DNA of 64,000 nt from Cellvibrionales bacterium (GCA_043513815.1 CP121313.1:4054783-4118782), one strand, 5' to 3'; positions 33,629-44,960 are shown, numbered from the stretch's first letter. Notes: generated from the letters alone by a model not told the origin. Numbers and translations are program-made.

Positions 33629-33671
33629 AGTCGTCTAGCTAGAAAGTCGTCCAGAAAGCCGTCTAGAAAAA
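33629..33671. repeat. tandem 12-16-bp repeat, 3 copies (GTCGTCTAGCTAGAAA GTCGTCCAGAAA GCCGTCTAGAAAAA)
   Basis: Read directly between the convergent crp and trpC genes. The last copy contains the trpC stop codon (TAG on the minus strand) and its final Phe codons. Confidence 0.85.
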
Positions 33672-34454
33672 TAGCTCCCGGAGTTTCGCTCCGGGATCTT
33701 CAGCACGCATGAACGCCTCGCCCACCAGGAAGGCGTTGACCTCCCGCTGCTGCATCGCCAGAACATCTTCTCGAGAATTGATACCGCTCTCGGTAACGAC
33801 CGTTCGATCCGCTGGAATATGCGCCAGCAGTTCCCAGGTCGTTTCCAGGCGCGTGTCAAAGCTGTGCAGGTTGCGATTATTGATTCCCACAAGAGGGTTG
33901 TTGAGTGGCAAGCTACGATCCAGCTCCGCCCGGTCGTGCACCTCAATCAGCACGTCCATGTCCAGGTCGATCGCCGCGGCGTGCAACTCCGCCATCTGGC
34001 CGTCTTCCAGCGCGGCCACGATCAGCAGGATGCAATCCGCGCCCAGCGCCCTGGCTTCCAGCACCTGGTAGGGATCGACAATGAAATCTTTGCGAATGAC
34101 CGGCAGCATGCAAGCCTCGCGCGCCTGCTGTAGATAGCTGTCAGCCCCCTGGAAGAAATCCACATCGGTCAGGACAGACAGGCAACAGGCGCCACCCGCC
34201 TCGTAGCTCCGCGCGATGGCCGCCGGGTCAAAGTGCTCGCGGATTACCCCCTTGCTGGGCGAGGCGCGCTTGGCCTCGGCAATCACGGCCGGCCTTTCCC
34301 GCGCTGCGTCGAGCACCGCTCGGGCGAAGCCGCGGCAGGCATCCTGATCGCGAACCCTTGCGTCCAGCTCAGACAGCGAAGTCTGCGCAATGCGCGCGGA
34401 CACTTCTTCCCATTTGCGGGCGATGATCTCCCGCAGAATCGTCGGTGTACTCAT
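33663..34454 (-). CDS. trpC: indole-3-glycerol phosphate synthase
   Basis: 263 aa. [15 protein letters not shown], and NNRNL motifs. Confidence 0.95.
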   Translation of the reverse strand: MSTPTILREIIARKWEEVSARIAQTSLSELDARVRDQDACRGFARAVLDAARERPAVIAEAKRASPSKGVIREHFDPAAIARSYEAGGACCLSVLTDVDFFQGADSYLQQAREACMLPVIRKDFIVDPYQVLEARALGADCILLIVAALEDGQMAELHAAAIDLDMDVLIEVHDRAELDRSLPLNNPLVGINNRNLHSFDTRLETTWELLAHIPADRTVVTESGINSREDVLAMQQREVNAFLVGEAFMRAEDPGAKLRELFF

Positions 34455-35473
34455 ACGCCGGCAAACTCGGTGAACTGCTTGAGCTCGGTGATCTTTTGCA
34501 GGGCCGCGCCGCTGGCCACGGCGTCATCCGCCATTTGCACGCCGTCGGCCAGGGTCGGGGCGACGCCGCTGACATAAATGGCTGCGCCCGCATTGAGTAT
34601 GACCATATTGGCGGCGTCGTCATTGCTGCCCGACAGCGCCGCCTTGATCAACTCAACAGACTCTGCACTGCTGCCGACCACCAGATTCTCCAGCGTGCCG
34701 ACCGGACGCCCGAACTCGTTTGGGTGAATGGCGTATTCGCTGATACTTCCATCCCGCAGTTCGGCCACCTGGGTAGGGCCGGCAATGCTGATCTCGTCGA
34801 GGCCATCGTGGGCATGCACGACCATGATATGTTCGCTGCCGAGGCGCTTGAGTACTTCGGCCATGGGGCGGCACAAACCAGGGTCAAAGACGCCGACAAG
34901 CTGGCGTTTGACGCCCGCTGGATTGGTCATTGGACCCAGCATGTTGAACACCGTCCGCAGCCCCAGCTCCTTGCGCGGACCCGCTGCGTGCTTCATCGCG
35001 CTGTGGTGTTGCGGGGCAAACATGAAACCCATGCCCACCTCCTTCACACAGCGCGCCACCTGCTCGGGGTCAAGCTCCAGGTTGATGCCCAGCGCCTGCA
35101 ATACGTCGGATGAGCCGCTGGTGCTGGAGACACTACGGTTGCCGTGCTTGGCTACATGGGCGCCAGCGGCTGCCGCCACGAAGCTCGCCGCGGTCGATAC
35201 GTTGAACAGATTGGCACCATCACCACCGGTGCCGACAATATCTACGAGGTACTCCGCCTCGATATGCACCGGCGTGGCGAGCTCGCGCATGACTTCCGTC
35301 GCGGCGGCAATTTCATCGATGGTTTCGCCCTTGATGCGCAGCGCCACCAGGAAGGCGCCGATCTGCGCCTGGCTTGCCTCCCCGCTCATCACCTGGCGCA
35401 TGACCGAGCGCATTTCCTCGCTGTTGATATCGGCCGATTCGACCAGTCGTTCGATCGCCTGTTGTATGTTCAT
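34451..35473 (-). CDS. trpD: anthranilate phosphoribosyltransferase
   Basis: 340 aa. [30 protein letters not shown]. Confidence 0.96.
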   Translation of the reverse strand: MNIQQAIERLVESADINSEEMRSVMRQVMSGEASQAQIGAFLVALRIKGETIDEIAAATEVMRELATPVHIEAEYLVDIVGTGGDGANLFNVSTAASFVAAAAGAHVAKHGNRSVSSTSGSSDVLQALGINLELDPEQVARCVKEVGMGFMFAPQHHSAMKHAAGPRKELGLRTVFNMLGPMTNPAGVKRQLVGVFDPGLCRPMAEVLKRLGSEHIMVVHAHDGLDEISIAGPTQVAELRDGSISEYAIHPNEFGRPVGTLENLVVGSSAESVELIKAALSGSNDDAANMVILNAGAAIYVSGVAPTLADGVQMADDAVASGAALQKITELKQFTEFAGV

Positions 35474-35475
35474 GT

Positions 35476-36063
35476 TCAGTTTGCTCCCTGGTTTAGGAAG
35501 TTACGCAGCAGGTCGTGACCATGCTCGGTGAGAATGGATTCCGGATGGAACTGCACCCCTTCCACCGGCAGTTCACGGTGGCGCAGCCCCATGATTTCAT
35601 CCAGTTCGCCGGCATCGGTTTCGGTCCAGGCGGTGATTTCCAGACAGTCGGGCAGGCTTTCGCGCTCGACCACCAGAGAGTGGTAACGGGTGGCCTCGAA
35701 GGGATTGCTGAGTCCCGAAAAGACACCTTCGCCACGATGATGTATGAGGGAGGTCTTGCCATGCATGACCTGCCGCGCCCGCACTACCCGGCCGCCATAG
35801 ACCTGACCGATACTCTGGTGCCCCAGGCAAATACCGAGAATGGGAAGGCGACCCGCGAAAGCCTCGATCAGGGGCATGGAGACGCCCGCCTCGTTGGGGG
35901 TACAGGGCCCGGGGGAAATCACCAGCCGCTCCGGGTTGAGGGCCTCGACGCCCGCCACGTCGATCTGGTCGTTGCGCATTACCACAACGTCCGCGCCCAA
36001 CTCACCGAGATACTGCACCACGTTGTAGGTGAAGGAGTCGTAGTTGTCGATCATCAGCAGCAT
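35476..36063 (-). CDS. trpG: anthranilate synthase component II (glutamine amidotransferase)
   Basis: 195 aa. [20 protein letters not shown], and FHPES triad motifs. Confidence 0.94.
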   Translation of the reverse strand: MLLMIDNYDSFTYNVVQYLGELGADVVVMRNDQIDVAGVEALNPERLVISPGPCTPNEAGVSMPLIEAFAGRLPILGICLGHQSIGQVYGGRVVRARQVMHGKTSLIHHRGEGVFSGLSNPFEATRYHSLVVERESLPDCLEITAWTETDAGELDEIMGLRHRELPVEGVQFHPESILTEHGHDLLRNFLNQGAN

Positions 36064-36067
36064 GACA

Positions 36068-37582
36068 CTATTCCCCCCCGGCCCCGTTGCTTCCCGCCTG
36101 CACCATGGCCGCCGCGCGGAACATGGCCCGCGCCTTGTTCATGGTTTCCTTGTACTCCAGGCGCGGCACTGAATCTGCCACCACGCCGCCACCCGCCTGG
36201 ATATGCAGCATCTGATCCTTGATGACCGCAGTGCGGATAGCGATAGCGGTGTCCATGTCGCCCTGCCAGGAAATATAACCAACAGCACCGCCGTAAACGC
36301 AGCGCTTGACCGGCTCCAGCTCGTCGATGATTTCCATCGCGCGAATCTTGGGTGCGCCGCTGAGCGTGCCGGCCGGCAGGGTCGCGCGCAACACGTCGAT
36401 AGCGCTGTAGTCAGGCCCCAGTTCTCCGGTGACGTTGGAAACGATATGCATCACGTGAGAATAGCGCTCCACCACCATCTTGTCGGTCAGCTCCACGCTG
36501 CCGGTTTTGGCGATGCGGCCCACATCGTTGCGCCCCAGGTCAATCAACATCAGGTGTTCGGCAATTTCCTTGGGGTCCGCCAGCAGTTCGGCTTCCATCT
36601 CCCGGTCCTCTGCCTCGCTGCGCCCGCGACGCCGGGTGCCGGCGATAGGTCGCACGGTGACCGTGCCCTGTTCCAGTCGGGCAAGAATCTCGGGGGATGA
36701 GCCGACGATATGGAAATCGGATAGATTCAGGTAGTACATATAGGGCGACGGGTTGAGGTTGCGCAACGCCCGATACAAGTCCAGCGGTGGCGCCGTAAAC
36801 GGCAGGCTCAGGCGCTGGGAGGGCACCACCTGCATAACATCGCCGGCAAGGATGTACTCCTTGATGCGATCCACGGCCTGATAATAGGACGCCTCGGTAA
36901 AGTGCGAGCGGTACTGGCTTTCCACCATGGATTCCTCAGAGCGCGAGGCACTGGCCGCCGCCAGGTCAATATCCGCCGGCGGCGCCGTAGGCTCGCGCAG
37001 GCGGGTAGTAAGCTCATCCAGTCGCGCCTGGGCAGATTCCCAGGCGTCGTGACAATCGGCCTCCACGGTCACTACCAGGCGCACCGTTCCCGCGAGGTTG
37101 TCGAACACCAGGATTTCGTCAGCGACCATCAGCAGCACATCGGGAACGCTCAACTCATCCTCGGGCACGCTGTCTTTCAGACGCGGCTCCACATAGCGCA
37201 CACAGTCGTAGCCAAAGAAGCCCACCAGACCGCCATGAAATATCGGCAGATCCTCGAGTTGTGGTACGCGAAAGCGCTGACTGAATTCATCGACGAAAGC
37301 CAGCGGGTCTTCCACCTGTTCCGTGTGCGTGGTGGTCTCGCCGTCGATCAGGCTGACCTGGTAGCCGCGCACCTCAAGCCGCTGCCGACAGGGCAGGCCA
37401 ATGATGGAGTAACGACCCCATTTTTCCCCACCTTGCACGGACTCCAGGAGGAACGACCAGGGCCCATCGGCCAGCTTGCGATAGGCGCTCAGCGGGGTTT
37501 CAGTATCGGCGAGTACTTCGCGACTAACCGGTATGCGGTTGTAGTCCTGCGCCGCCAGGTCGGCGAATTGTTGCGGGGTCAT
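36068..37582 (-). CDS. trpE: anthranilate synthase component I
   Basis: 504 aa. LLES (Trp feedback site), GGAVGY, and the chorismate-binding C-terminal domain. Confidence 0.96.
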   Translation of the reverse strand: MTPQQFADLAAQDYNRIPVSREVLADTETPLSAYRKLADGPWSFLLESVQGGEKWGRYSIIGLPCRQRLEVRGYQVSLIDGETTTHTEQVEDPLAFVDEFSQRFRVPQLEDLPIFHGGLVGFFGYDCVRYVEPRLKDSVPEDELSVPDVLLMVADEILVFDNLAGTVRLVVTVEADCHDAWESAQARLDELTTRLREPTAPPADIDLAAASASRSEESMVESQYRSHFTEASYYQAVDRIKEYILAGDVMQVVPSQRLSLPFTAPPLDLYRALRNLNPSPYMYYLNLSDFHIVGSSPEILARLEQGTVTVRPIAGTRRRGRSEAEDREMEAELLADPKEIAEHLMLIDLGRNDVGRIAKTGSVELTDKMVVERYSHVMHIVSNVTGELGPDYSAIDVLRATLPAGTLSGAPKIRAMEIIDELEPVKRCVYGGAVGYISWQGDMDTAIAIRTAVIKDQMLHIQAGGGVVADSVPRLEYKETMNKARAMFRAAAMVQAGSNGAGGE

Positions 37583-37596
37583 GTGACATCCTTGGA

Positions 37597-37643
37597 GACA
37601 GAAAAGGGAAAAAGCGCGCAGACACGGCCCTCAGGCCGTGCCG
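37597..37643 (-). terminator. candidate trp attenuator: GC-rich hairpin followed by a T-rich tract
   Basis: Minus strand reads CGGCACGGCC-TGAG-GGCCGTGTCTG, giving a stem of about 9 bp including one G-U pair, then GCGCGC TTTTT CCC TTTT. The hairpin starts 2-6 nt after the leader-peptide stop, depending on how far the stem is extended. Caveat: the T-run is about 7 nt from the stem base, which is not canonical. Confidence 0.4.
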
Positions 37644-37644
37644 A

Positions 37645-37680
37645 TTACCATCGCCAGCGGGCGACGGGGGGCATTGTCAT
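37645..37680 (-). CDS. trpL: trp operon leader peptide (MTMPPVARWRW)
   Basis: 11-codon ORF in the trpE 5' leader, ending in UGG-CGA-UGG-UAA (two Trp in the last three codons), followed immediately by the hairpin. The Shine-Dalgarno is weak. Confidence 0.5.
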   Translation of the reverse strand: MTMPPVARWRW

Positions 37681-37735
37681 GCCCAGGCTAGTTCCTGCTG
37701 CTCGCACAGCGATCTCCAGGATGAGAAGGACAGAT

Positions 37736-37763
37736 ATTGTACCTGAGCGATGTGCTCACGCAA
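37736..37763 (-). promoter_or_regulatory. candidate trpEGDC promoter (TTGCGT-16-TACAAT)
   Basis: Hexamers read on the minus strand. The -35 overlaps the rpe stop codon, and the -10 lies about 56 nt upstream of the leader ATG. Motif-only call. Confidence 0.35.
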
Positions 37764-38427
37764 CGGCTGCCAGCTGCGCGCGCATGGCGGCGATCACCTC
37801 GGCGTAGTCGGGCGCATTGAAGATCGCGGAGCCCGCTACAAAGGTGTCGGCGCCGGCCTCGGCAATCTCGCGAATATTCTTTGCCGAAACGCCGCCATCG
37901 ATTTCTAGGCGAATATCCAGGCCACTTTCATCGATCAGCGCACGCGCCTCGCGCAACTTGTCGAGGGCTGAGCGGATAAACGACTGGCCACCGAAGCCGG
38001 GATTTACCGACATCAGTAGCACCATATCGACCCTGTCCATCACATAGCGCAGGGGCTCGAGACTGGCCGCCGGATTGAACACCAGACCGGCCTTGCAGCC
38101 CGCGTCGCGAATCATCTGCAGGGAGCGATCGACATGAATCGACGCGTCCGGGTGGAAGGTGATGTAGCTGGCACCGGCCGCCGCGAAGTCCTCGATCAGG
38201 CGATCCACCGGCGACACCATCAGGTGCACATCAATGGGCGCAGTCACCCCGTGACTTCGCAGCGCCTTGCAGACCATCGGGCCAATGGTCAGGTTGGGGA
38301 CGTAGTGGTTATCCATGACATCGAAATGAACGATATCGGCGCCCGCCGCCAGCACGTTATCGACCTCTTCACCCAGGCGGGCGAAGTCAGCGGAGAGAAT
38401 GGACGGGGCTATCAGGTAGTCGCGCAT
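37756..38427 (-). CDS. rpe: ribulose-phosphate 3-epimerase
   Basis: 223 aa. [22 protein letters not shown], and [11 protein letters not shown] motifs. Confidence 0.96.
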   Translation of the reverse strand: MRDYLIAPSILSADFARLGEEVDNVLAAGADIVHFDVMDNHYVPNLTIGPMVCKALRSHGVTAPIDVHLMVSPVDRLIEDFAAAGASYITFHPDASIHVDRSLQMIRDAGCKAGLVFNPAASLEPLRYVMDRVDMVLLMSVNPGFGGQSFIRSALDKLREARALIDESGLDIRLEIDGGVSAKNIREIAEAGADTFVAGSAIFNAPDYAEVIAAMRAQLAAVA

Positions 38428-38456
38428 GGGCGGGTCTCACACGGAAAGGCGGCATT

Positions 38457-39125
38457 CTAATGGATGGCCAGCCGCGCATCCAGCGCCTCCAGTCGCTCCG
38501 GGGTACCGACATCTTCCCAGTCTCCGGAGTAATGCTCTCCTCGCAGCACACCGGCCGCGATAGCCTGCTCCAGTAACGGCAACAGCGGTCGTGCGCCAGG
38601 CTCACAGCCACCAAACATGGCCGGACTGTAGACGCCCAGTCCACTGTAGGTGAAGCGATCCCCCGCCCTGCGATCCAAAAGCCCGCTGCGGGCCAGGTGA
38701 AAATCCCCCTGCGGGTGCTGGGGCGGGTTGTCGACCAGCACCAGGTGTGCGCCGGCTTCCGGCGGGTCCACTGCCAGCAGGTTGGCAAAGGGGTAGTCGG
38801 TCCAGATATCGCCGTTGACCACCGCAAAGGGCGCATCGCCCAGCAGGGACAGGGCCTGCACGATACCGCCGGCGGTTTCCAACGGTGCCTGCTCCCGCGA
38901 CCAACTGACCTGATCGCCCCAGGGCGAGGCCCGCAGCCGCTCCACGATCTGCTCACCAAGCCAGGAAACATTGACCACCAGGCCTTCAAAACCGGCCGCC
39001 AGCAGGCGCTCGACGTGGTACTCGATAAGGGGTTTACCGCCCACTTCCAGCAGCGGTTTTGGCGTATGCTCGGTGAGCGGGCGCATGCGTTCGCCACGGC
39101 CCGCCGCCAGGATCATGGCCTTCAC
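38457..39125 (-). CDS. murU: N-acetylmuramate alpha-1-phosphate uridylyltransferase
   Basis: 222 aa nucleotidyltransferase starting MKAMILAAGRGERMRPLT...PKPLL. Overlaps amgK by 4 nt, the same gene pair as Pseudomonas amgK-murU. Confidence 0.85.
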   Translation of the reverse strand: MKAMILAAGRGERMRPLTEHTPKPLLEVGGKPLIEYHVERLLAAGFEGLVVNVSWLGEQIVERLRASPWGDQVSWSREQAPLETAGGIVQALSLLGDAPFAVVNGDIWTDYPFANLLAVDPPEAGAHLVLVDNPPQHPQGDFHLARSGLLDRRAGDRFTYSGLGVYSPAMFGGCEPGARPLLPLLEQAIAAGVLRGEHYSGDWEDVGTPERLEALDARLAIH

Positions 39126-40147
39126 GGTGCAGTACCCCCCCAGTCAACCGAGGCGACGGCGGGCTCAATGCGGTCCTGCCACCAGCCTGCGAACTCGCCC
39201 AGCGCCTCGTAGCGCGGCAGTACCTCGCCGATGTAATGCAGCACCAGGGGGATGTCCTTGAGATAGCCCGGTTTCTGGTCGCGCAGCGCGAGTCGGGTGA
39301 AATTGCCCAGCACCTTGATATGCCGGTGCAGGCCAATCCAGTCGAACCAGCGCAGAAAGGTGTCTTCGTTGTCGCCTGCGAAACGCCCGGTGTCCAGCAG
39401 GCCTCCGCGAAAAGCCAGGGCCCAACGACGAACCTGAGCCGGGGGCCAGCGCAGGTAGCAGTCTTTTAACAGCGAAACGAGGTCGTAGCAGAGCGGCCCA
39501 ACCACCGCATCCTGAAAATCGATCAGCCCGAGCCCACCGTCGGGCTTCATCAGCAGGTTGCGGCACATGTAGTCCCGATACACCAGCACCTGGGGCTGGC
39601 TGACCGCATCGGCGATCAGGCACTGGCCCAGTCCCTCGATCGCTGCCAGCTCGCCGGGCGCCAGCTCCAGGCAGAGAAAGGCTTCACAGAACCACTGCCG
39701 GAAACGGCTGAATTCCTCTGCCAGCAGGGCCTCATCATAGGCGGGAAGCGGCGCATCGGACACGTCCACTGCCTGCAATTGCAGCAGCAGGTCCAGGGCC
39801 CCCAGGTAATCCTCTGGCGGTTGGGCCAGGTCCAGCGCGTCCTGCAGGTGCCGATTCCCGAAGTCTTCCAGCAGCAACCAGCCGCGCTGAATGTCATGGG
39901 ACAACAAAGCTGGCACCGGGAGCCCGGCGCCCGCCAGCAGGGCCTGCACTGACACGAACTCTGCGTTCTTCTCCGTGGCGGGGGGCGAATCCGCACAGAT
40001 AAAGCTCTGCTCGCCGGTGCGCATGCGGAAATAGCGGCGTGCGCTGGCATCGCCGGTCACTGCCTCCCAGCCCACCTGCCCCGCGTCTACCGTCAGCGCA
40101 CTGGCGGCCCAGCGCCTCAGTTCGGCTTGCCTGGCATCCATTAGCAC
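39122..40147 (-). CDS. amgK: N-acetylmuramate/N-acetylglucosamine kinase (aminoglycoside-phosphotransferase fold)
   Basis: 341 aa. APH-family Brenner/catalytic region (YRDYMCRNLL ... IDFQDA). Position upstream of murU and divergent from lptD. Confidence 0.85.
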   Translation of the reverse strand: MLMDARQAELRRWAASALTVDAGQVGWEAVTGDASARRYFRMRTGEQSFICADSPPATEKNAEFVSVQALLAGAGLPVPALLSHDIQRGWLLLEDFGNRHLQDALDLAQPPEDYLGALDLLLQLQAVDVSDAPLPAYDEALLAEEFSRFRQWFCEAFLCLELAPGELAAIEGLGQCLIADAVSQPQVLVYRDYMCRNLLMKPDGGLGLIDFQDAVVGPLCYDLVSLLKDCYLRWPPAQVRRWALAFRGGLLDTGRFAGDNEDTFLRWFDWIGLHRHIKVLGNFTRLALRDQKPGYLKDIPLVLHYIGEVLPRYEALGEFAGWWQDRIEPAVASVDWGGTAP

Positions 40148-40285
40148 GGGCGCGCCCCTCGAGAATGCATTATCATCCCGGTTCCTTCGAAACCCTCATT
40201 CAACCAATCGCGCAGCACCATGACCAGGGACCGGCCACGCCGCACCTATAATCGTTTTGTTCGTCGCCTCCGTGACGTCAACCCA

Positions 40286-42676
40286 ATGCGCAGAGACCAC
40301 TGGGGCAGCGCTGTGCTGTGCCTGATGGCCAGCCTCCTGACGCTGCACGCACAGGCGACCTTCGCCGACGATGTGCCCGGCGAGGATACCAGCCCGGTAG
40401 CGGACTCCGCCAACGATTGCGGCGCCTTTCCCTTCCTCGACTGGACTGGTGATGTTGAACAGACCGGTACCGCCGCCCTGCGCAGCCAACGCTGTCGCGG
40501 TAGCTACCGGGATCCTCTGGCGAACGTCGACACCTCCCGGGACCCGGCACTGGAAGACATCGAGGCCACCGCCGCGCGCTCGGAGCTGGAAGGTGACATG
40601 GTGCGGTTTTTTGGTGGGCTGGAAGCGCGCCAGGGCTATCGCGTCATTCGCGCCGCTGAGGGCGAGTACGACCGCGCCACCGGAACCGGCAGCCTGCTGG
40701 GCGACGTGGAAATTCGCGAGCCCGGATTGTTGCTTCGCGGCGCGACCGGCACTGTGGACAGCGCGACCGGTGAAGCGCGCCTCACCGCCAACCAGTTCGT
40801 GCTCCACGAGCAGCATTTACGAGGCGGCGCCGACCTGGTGGTGCGTCGCGGCGATGGCATTATCGAACTCGACGACGGCTACTTCAGCTACTGCCCGCCA
40901 CAGAACGACGGCTGGCAACTGCAGGCCAGAGAGTTGGAGCTGGATATCGAAGAGGGCGTCGGCACCGCCCGCAACGCCAGGATCAAGCTGGGGGGAACCT
41001 CTGTTTTTTACACGCCGTACCTCAGGTTCCCGCTGGACGACCGCCGCAAGTCAGGCTTTCTGTTTCCGGAAATCACCGACGATTCCAACGGCGGCCTGGA
41101 TATTGCCACTCCCTACTATTTCAACCTGGCCCCCAACTACGATGCGACCCTGACGCCGCGCTACATCATGGACCGCGGCCTGCTGACCGAGCTCGAGTTC
41201 CGCTACCTCTCACCCCAGGCGGGCTACTGGGAGCTTGGCGGCGCCTGGATCAGCGGTGACGACCAGTACCAGCAGGACGTCCCCGATGAAGACGGCGACC
41301 GCTGGCTCTCGGCGATCGAGCAGCGCGGCCTGTTCGATCAGCGCTGGCGTACCAATATCGATTTCACCAAGACCAGCGACGACGAGTACTTCAACGACAT
41401 CGGCACCACCTCGCTGGAACTCAAGCAATCGACCCACCTGTTGCAGGCTGGCCAGGTGGACTACCTCGGCGACAACTGGCTGACCACCTTGCGGCTGGAG
41501 GAGTTCCAGACTATCGCTCGCGACGTTGTGCGCGACCAGTACAGCAAACTGCCGCAGCTCAGCGTCCAGCGCACCGCCGCCAGCCAGGCCTTCAGCCCCA
41601 ACCTGTTATGGCAGAGCGACTACGCCTACTTCGACCACAATGACGAACCCACCGGCCACCGGCTCTATAACGAGATCGGGGCCAACTATCCGATGCAGTG
41701 GATCTGGGGCTTCCTGACGCCCACCGCCAAGTATCGCCAGCTCAACTACGACCTCGATGAGGCGGTGATTTTCGACGGCGGTCCCGACGACGCCCCCGAT
41801 GTGGGAGCGCCCATGGTCAGTCTCGACGGCGGGCTGTTTTTTGAACGCAGCACCCCCTGGGGCATGCAAACCCTCGAGCCCCGCATCTATTACCTGTGGT
41901 CGGATTTCGAAGAGCAGCAGGGCCTGCCTAGTTTCGACACCACCGAGCTGACGTTTACCTACAGCCAGCTGTTTCGGGAGACACGGTTTTCCGGGAATGA
42001 CCGCATCGACGACTCCAACCAGCTGTCATTCGGCCTCACCACACGCTTTATCGACCAGGACAGCGGCCGCGAAAAGCTGGCCGCCAGTGTCGGCCAGATC
42101 TATTACTTCGACGACCGCCAGGTCAACGTGGGGGCGGCAACGGCGGAAGATACCGAGGGCAGCTCCGCGATCGCCGCAGAATTTGCAGTATCGCCCAGCG
42201 AACAGTGGGAATTCCGCTCTGCCTGGCTGTGGAACACCGACGAGAACGAGATCGACCAGAGCACCTTCCAGGCGGGCTGGCGCGGGGACGGTGGCGCTAT
42301 CGTCAATCTCGGCTACAGCTTCCGCCGCAACCGCACCACGGCCAATGATGGCCGGGATATCGACCAGCTGGATTTTTCCACCTACTACCCGTTCAGCAAG
42401 GAATGGCGGCTATTCCTGCGTTCACTGTACGACCTGGAGGAAAACGAACGGGTCAATGATATGGCCGGAATAGAGTACAATAGCTGCTGCTGGCGGGTGC
42501 GACTCGTCTACCAGCGTTATATCGACCAGAACACGAACAGAGCCGCCATTGAACTGGTCGAATACGACAATGCAACCTATATCGAATTCCAGCTGAAGGG
42601 ACTGGGCGGCGTTGGCACCCGCGTCTCCGAACTGTTGGAAGAATTTATTCGAGGATACCAAGACAGTGATTTATAA
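40286..42676 (+). CDS. lptD: LPS-assembly outer-membrane protein LptD
   Basis: About 796 aa. Signal peptide after the ATG at 40286, an OstA N-terminal domain, and a large beta-barrel ending in an aromatic-rich C-terminus. Followed by surA-pdxA-rsmA as in other gammaproteobacteria. Confidence 0.94.
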   Translation: MRRDHWGSAVLCLMASLLTLHAQATFADDVPGEDTSPVADSANDCGAFPFLDWTGDVEQTGTAALRSQRCRGSYRDPLANVDTSRDPALEDIEATAARSELEGDMVRFFGGLEARQGYRVIRAAEGEYDRATGTGSLLGDVEIREPGLLLRGATGTVDSATGEARLTANQFVLHEQHLRGGADLVVRRGDGIIELDDGYFSYCPPQNDGWQLQARELELDIEEGVGTARNARIKLGGTSVFYTPYLRFPLDDRRKSGFLFPEITDDSNGGLDIATPYYFNLAPNYDATLTPRYIMDRGLLTELEFRYLSPQAGYWELGGAWISGDDQYQQDVPDEDGDRWLSAIEQRGLFDQRWRTNIDFTKTSDDEYFNDIGTTSLELKQSTHLLQAGQVDYLGDNWLTTLRLEEFQTIARDVVRDQYSKLPQLSVQRTAASQAFSPNLLWQSDYAYFDHNDEPTGHRLYNEIGANYPMQWIWGFLTPTAKYRQLNYDLDEAVIFDGGPDDAPDVGAPMVSLDGGLFFERSTPWGMQTLEPRIYYLWSDFEEQQGLPSFDTTELTFTYSQLFRETRFSGNDRIDDSNQLSFGLTTRFIDQDSGREKLAASVGQIYYFDDRQVNVGAATAEDTEGSSAIAAEFAVSPSEQWEFRSAWLWNTDENEIDQSTFQAGWRGDGGAIVNLGYSFRRNRTTANDGRDIDQLDFSTYYPFSKEWRLFLRSLYDLEENERVNDMAGIEYNSCCWRVRLVYQRYIDQNTNRAAIELVEYDNATYIEFQLKGLGGVGTRVSELLEEFIRGYQDSDL

Positions 42677-43958
42677 GCGTCTGACAGCAGCCCTGTGCGC
42701 AAGTTGGTGCCTGCTTTCGATGCTCGGCGTGCTGGCAGTGCCGGTCGCCATGGCACAAACCCAGGTTCTTGACTCGGTGGTCGCCATCGTCGAGGACGAC
42801 GTAATCATGGCCAGCGAGCTACGCCGCCGGCTGGCCCTGGTGCAGCAGAGCATTCAGCGCTCGGGGCGCGAGGCACCGCCCCAGGACGTACTGGTGCGGG
42901 AGACACTGGACCGCCTGATTCTCGAAAGCATACAGCTGCAGATGGGTCAGCGCGCCGGCGTGCGCATTAGCGACGCCCAGCTCAACGACTCTATCAGCAG
43001 GATTGCCGCCCGCAATGGCATGAACCTCGAACAGTTCCGCGTGCAGCTGGAATCCGAGGGGCGCTCCTACCAGGCCATGCGTGAAGATGTGCGCCGGGAG
43101 TTTGTTATCCAGCGCGTCCAGCAGGGCAACGTCAACCAACGCGTGCAGATCACCGACGAGGAGGTGGAGAACTTCCTGGAATCTGAGGAAGGCAAACAGC
43201 TTACCGCCGAGGAATATCACCTGGTTCACGCCCTGTTGGCCGTCTCCAGTGACCCCGGCACTGCCGAGGACCAGGCCGCAGCGGAGCAGATCAATGCGCT
43301 GTATACCCGCATCGCCGCCGGCGAGAGCTTCGATGAGGTCGTGACCGGCAGTGGTCTGCCCTTCCAGGGTGGCGACCTGGGCTGGCGCGCCCGTGAAAAC
43401 CTGCCCAGCCTGTTCGCCGATGTAGCACCGGGTCTCAAGGTCGGGGAAACCGCCGCTCCCATCCGCAGCGCCAGCGGCTACCACCTGGTCTTCCTGGCGG
43501 AGAAGCGCGGTGGCGAGATGTTGGTGCAGCAGACCAAGGTACGCCACATCCTGCTCAAGCCTTCCGCTATTCGCAGCTCAGAGGAAACCCGCGAACTGGC
43601 CCGCCAGCTGCGGCAAGACATCATCGGCGGGGAAGACTTCGGCGAGCTGGCACGAGAGTATTCTGAAGATATCGGTTCGGCCCAGGAGGGCGGCGATCTC
43701 GGCTGGACCACGCCAGGACAGATGGTGCCGGAGTTTGAGAATATGATGAATTCCACCGAACTCAACAGTATCTCCCAGCCCTTCGAGAGCCAGTTTGGCT
43801 GGCATATCCTCGAAGTACTGGAGAGGCGCCAGGAAGATCTCTCCAACATGGTTGTCAGCAACCGGGCCCGGGAAATGCTGCACCAGCGCAAATATCAGGA
43901 AGAGCTGGATGCATGGCTGCGGAAAATTCGCGACGAGGCCTTCATCGACATCAAGTAA
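42666..43958 (+). CDS. surA: periplasmic chaperone / peptidyl-prolyl isomerase SurA
   Basis: Signal peptide, SurA N-domain ([15 protein letters not shown]), and two parvulin domains (the second with GGDLGW ... F.....GW). I chose the GTG at 42666, overlapping the lptD stop by 11 nt; the exact start is uncertain. Confidence 0.92.
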   Translation: MIYKRLTAALCASWCLLSMLGVLAVPVAMAQTQVLDSVVAIVEDDVIMASELRRRLALVQQSIQRSGREAPPQDVLVRETLDRLILESIQLQMGQRAGVRISDAQLNDSISRIAARNGMNLEQFRVQLESEGRSYQAMREDVRREFVIQRVQQGNVNQRVQITDEEVENFLESEEGKQLTAEEYHLVHALLAVSSDPGTAEDQAAAEQINALYTRIAAGESFDEVVTGSGLPFQGGDLGWRARENLPSLFADVAPGLKVGETAAPIRSASGYHLVFLAEKRGGEMLVQQTKVRHILLKPSAIRSSEETRELARQLRQDIIGGEDFGELAREYSEDIGSAQEGGDLGWTTPGQMVPEFENMMNSTELNSISQPFESQFGWHILEVLERRQEDLSNMVVSNRAREMLHQRKYQEELDAWLRKIRDEAFIDIK

Positions 43959-44947
43959 TGCCTAGCCAGCGTATCGCCATCAGCTCCGGCGAACCCGCCG
44001 GCATCGGGCCGGACCTGCTGGTACAGCTGGCTCAACAGCCCCATGCCGATGAACTGGTGGCGCTGGCCGACCCGGCGTTGCTGGAAGCCCGTGCCAGGTT
44101 GCTCGAGCTGCCACTCAAGCTAAGCCCCTTCAATCCCTCGGCACGCCCACAGGCGCAGCCCGCGGGCAGCCTGCAGGTATTACCGGTCGCCCTGGCCAAG
44201 CCCGTCGAGCCCGGCCGGCTCGACGTGCTCAATGCACCTTACGTGCTGGAAATGCTGCGGCGCGGCTGTCAGGGCTGCCTGGACAGGGAGTTTGATGCTC
44301 TGGTCACAGCACCCGTGCAGAAGTCGATCATCAATGACGCCGGCATTGCCTTCTCGGGCCATACGGAATTCTTCGCCGAGGCCTGCCACACTGAACAGGT
44401 GGTCATGCTGCTGGCGGCAGGAAACCTGCGGGTGGCGCTGGCCACCACTCACCTGCCACTGTCCGCAGTACCGGGCGCCATCACCGCTCAAGGCCTACAG
44501 TCCATACTGCGGGTGCTGCACCATGACCTGCACAAGCGCTTCGCCATCGACGAACCGAGGATTGCGGTACTGGGCCTTAATCCACATGCCGGTGAAAGCG
44601 GGCACCTGGGGCGAGAAGAGATCGAGACCATTGCTCCGGTGTTGGAACAGCTACGCAGGGAGGGTATGGCACTGGTCGGTCCACTGCCCGCCGACACCGC
44701 CTTTACCCCGCGGGTGCTGGACGCCTGTGATGCCGTGCTCGCCATGTACCACGACCAGGGCTTGCCGGTACTGAAGTACGCGGGGTTCGGCAAGGCCGTA
44801 AACGTGACCCTGGGCCTGCCGATCATTCGCACCTCGGTGGACCACGGCACCGCCCTGGAACTGGCCGGGCGCGGCGGCGCCGACGTCGGCAGCCTGCGGG
44901 AAGCCCTTGCCCTGGCCAGCCACCTCGCTGGCAGTGGGCAACAATGA
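43958..44947 (+). CDS. pdxA: 4-hydroxythreonine-4-phosphate dehydrogenase
   Basis: 329 aa. [24 protein letters not shown], and DHGTA motifs. The ATG overlaps the surA TAA (TAATG). Confidence 0.95.
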   Translation: MPSQRIAISSGEPAGIGPDLLVQLAQQPHADELVALADPALLEARARLLELPLKLSPFNPSARPQAQPAGSLQVLPVALAKPVEPGRLDVLNAPYVLEMLRRGCQGCLDREFDALVTAPVQKSIINDAGIAFSGHTEFFAEACHTEQVVMLLAAGNLRVALATTHLPLSAVPGAITAQGLQSILRVLHHDLHKRFAIDEPRIAVLGLNPHAGESGHLGREEIETIAPVLEQLRREGMALVGPLPADTAFTPRVLDACDAVLAMYHDQGLPVLKYAGFGKAVNVTLGLPIIRTSVDHGTALELAGRGGADVGSLREALALASHLAGSGQQ

Positions 44948-44960
44948 GCGCTTTGCTACC

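Noticed and set aside
38387-39097. 236-aa ORF in an alternative frame on the minus strand, overlapping murU.
   Set aside because: It is a Trp/Arg/Pro-rich out-of-frame shadow of murU. The murU frame carries the nucleotidyltransferase motifs.
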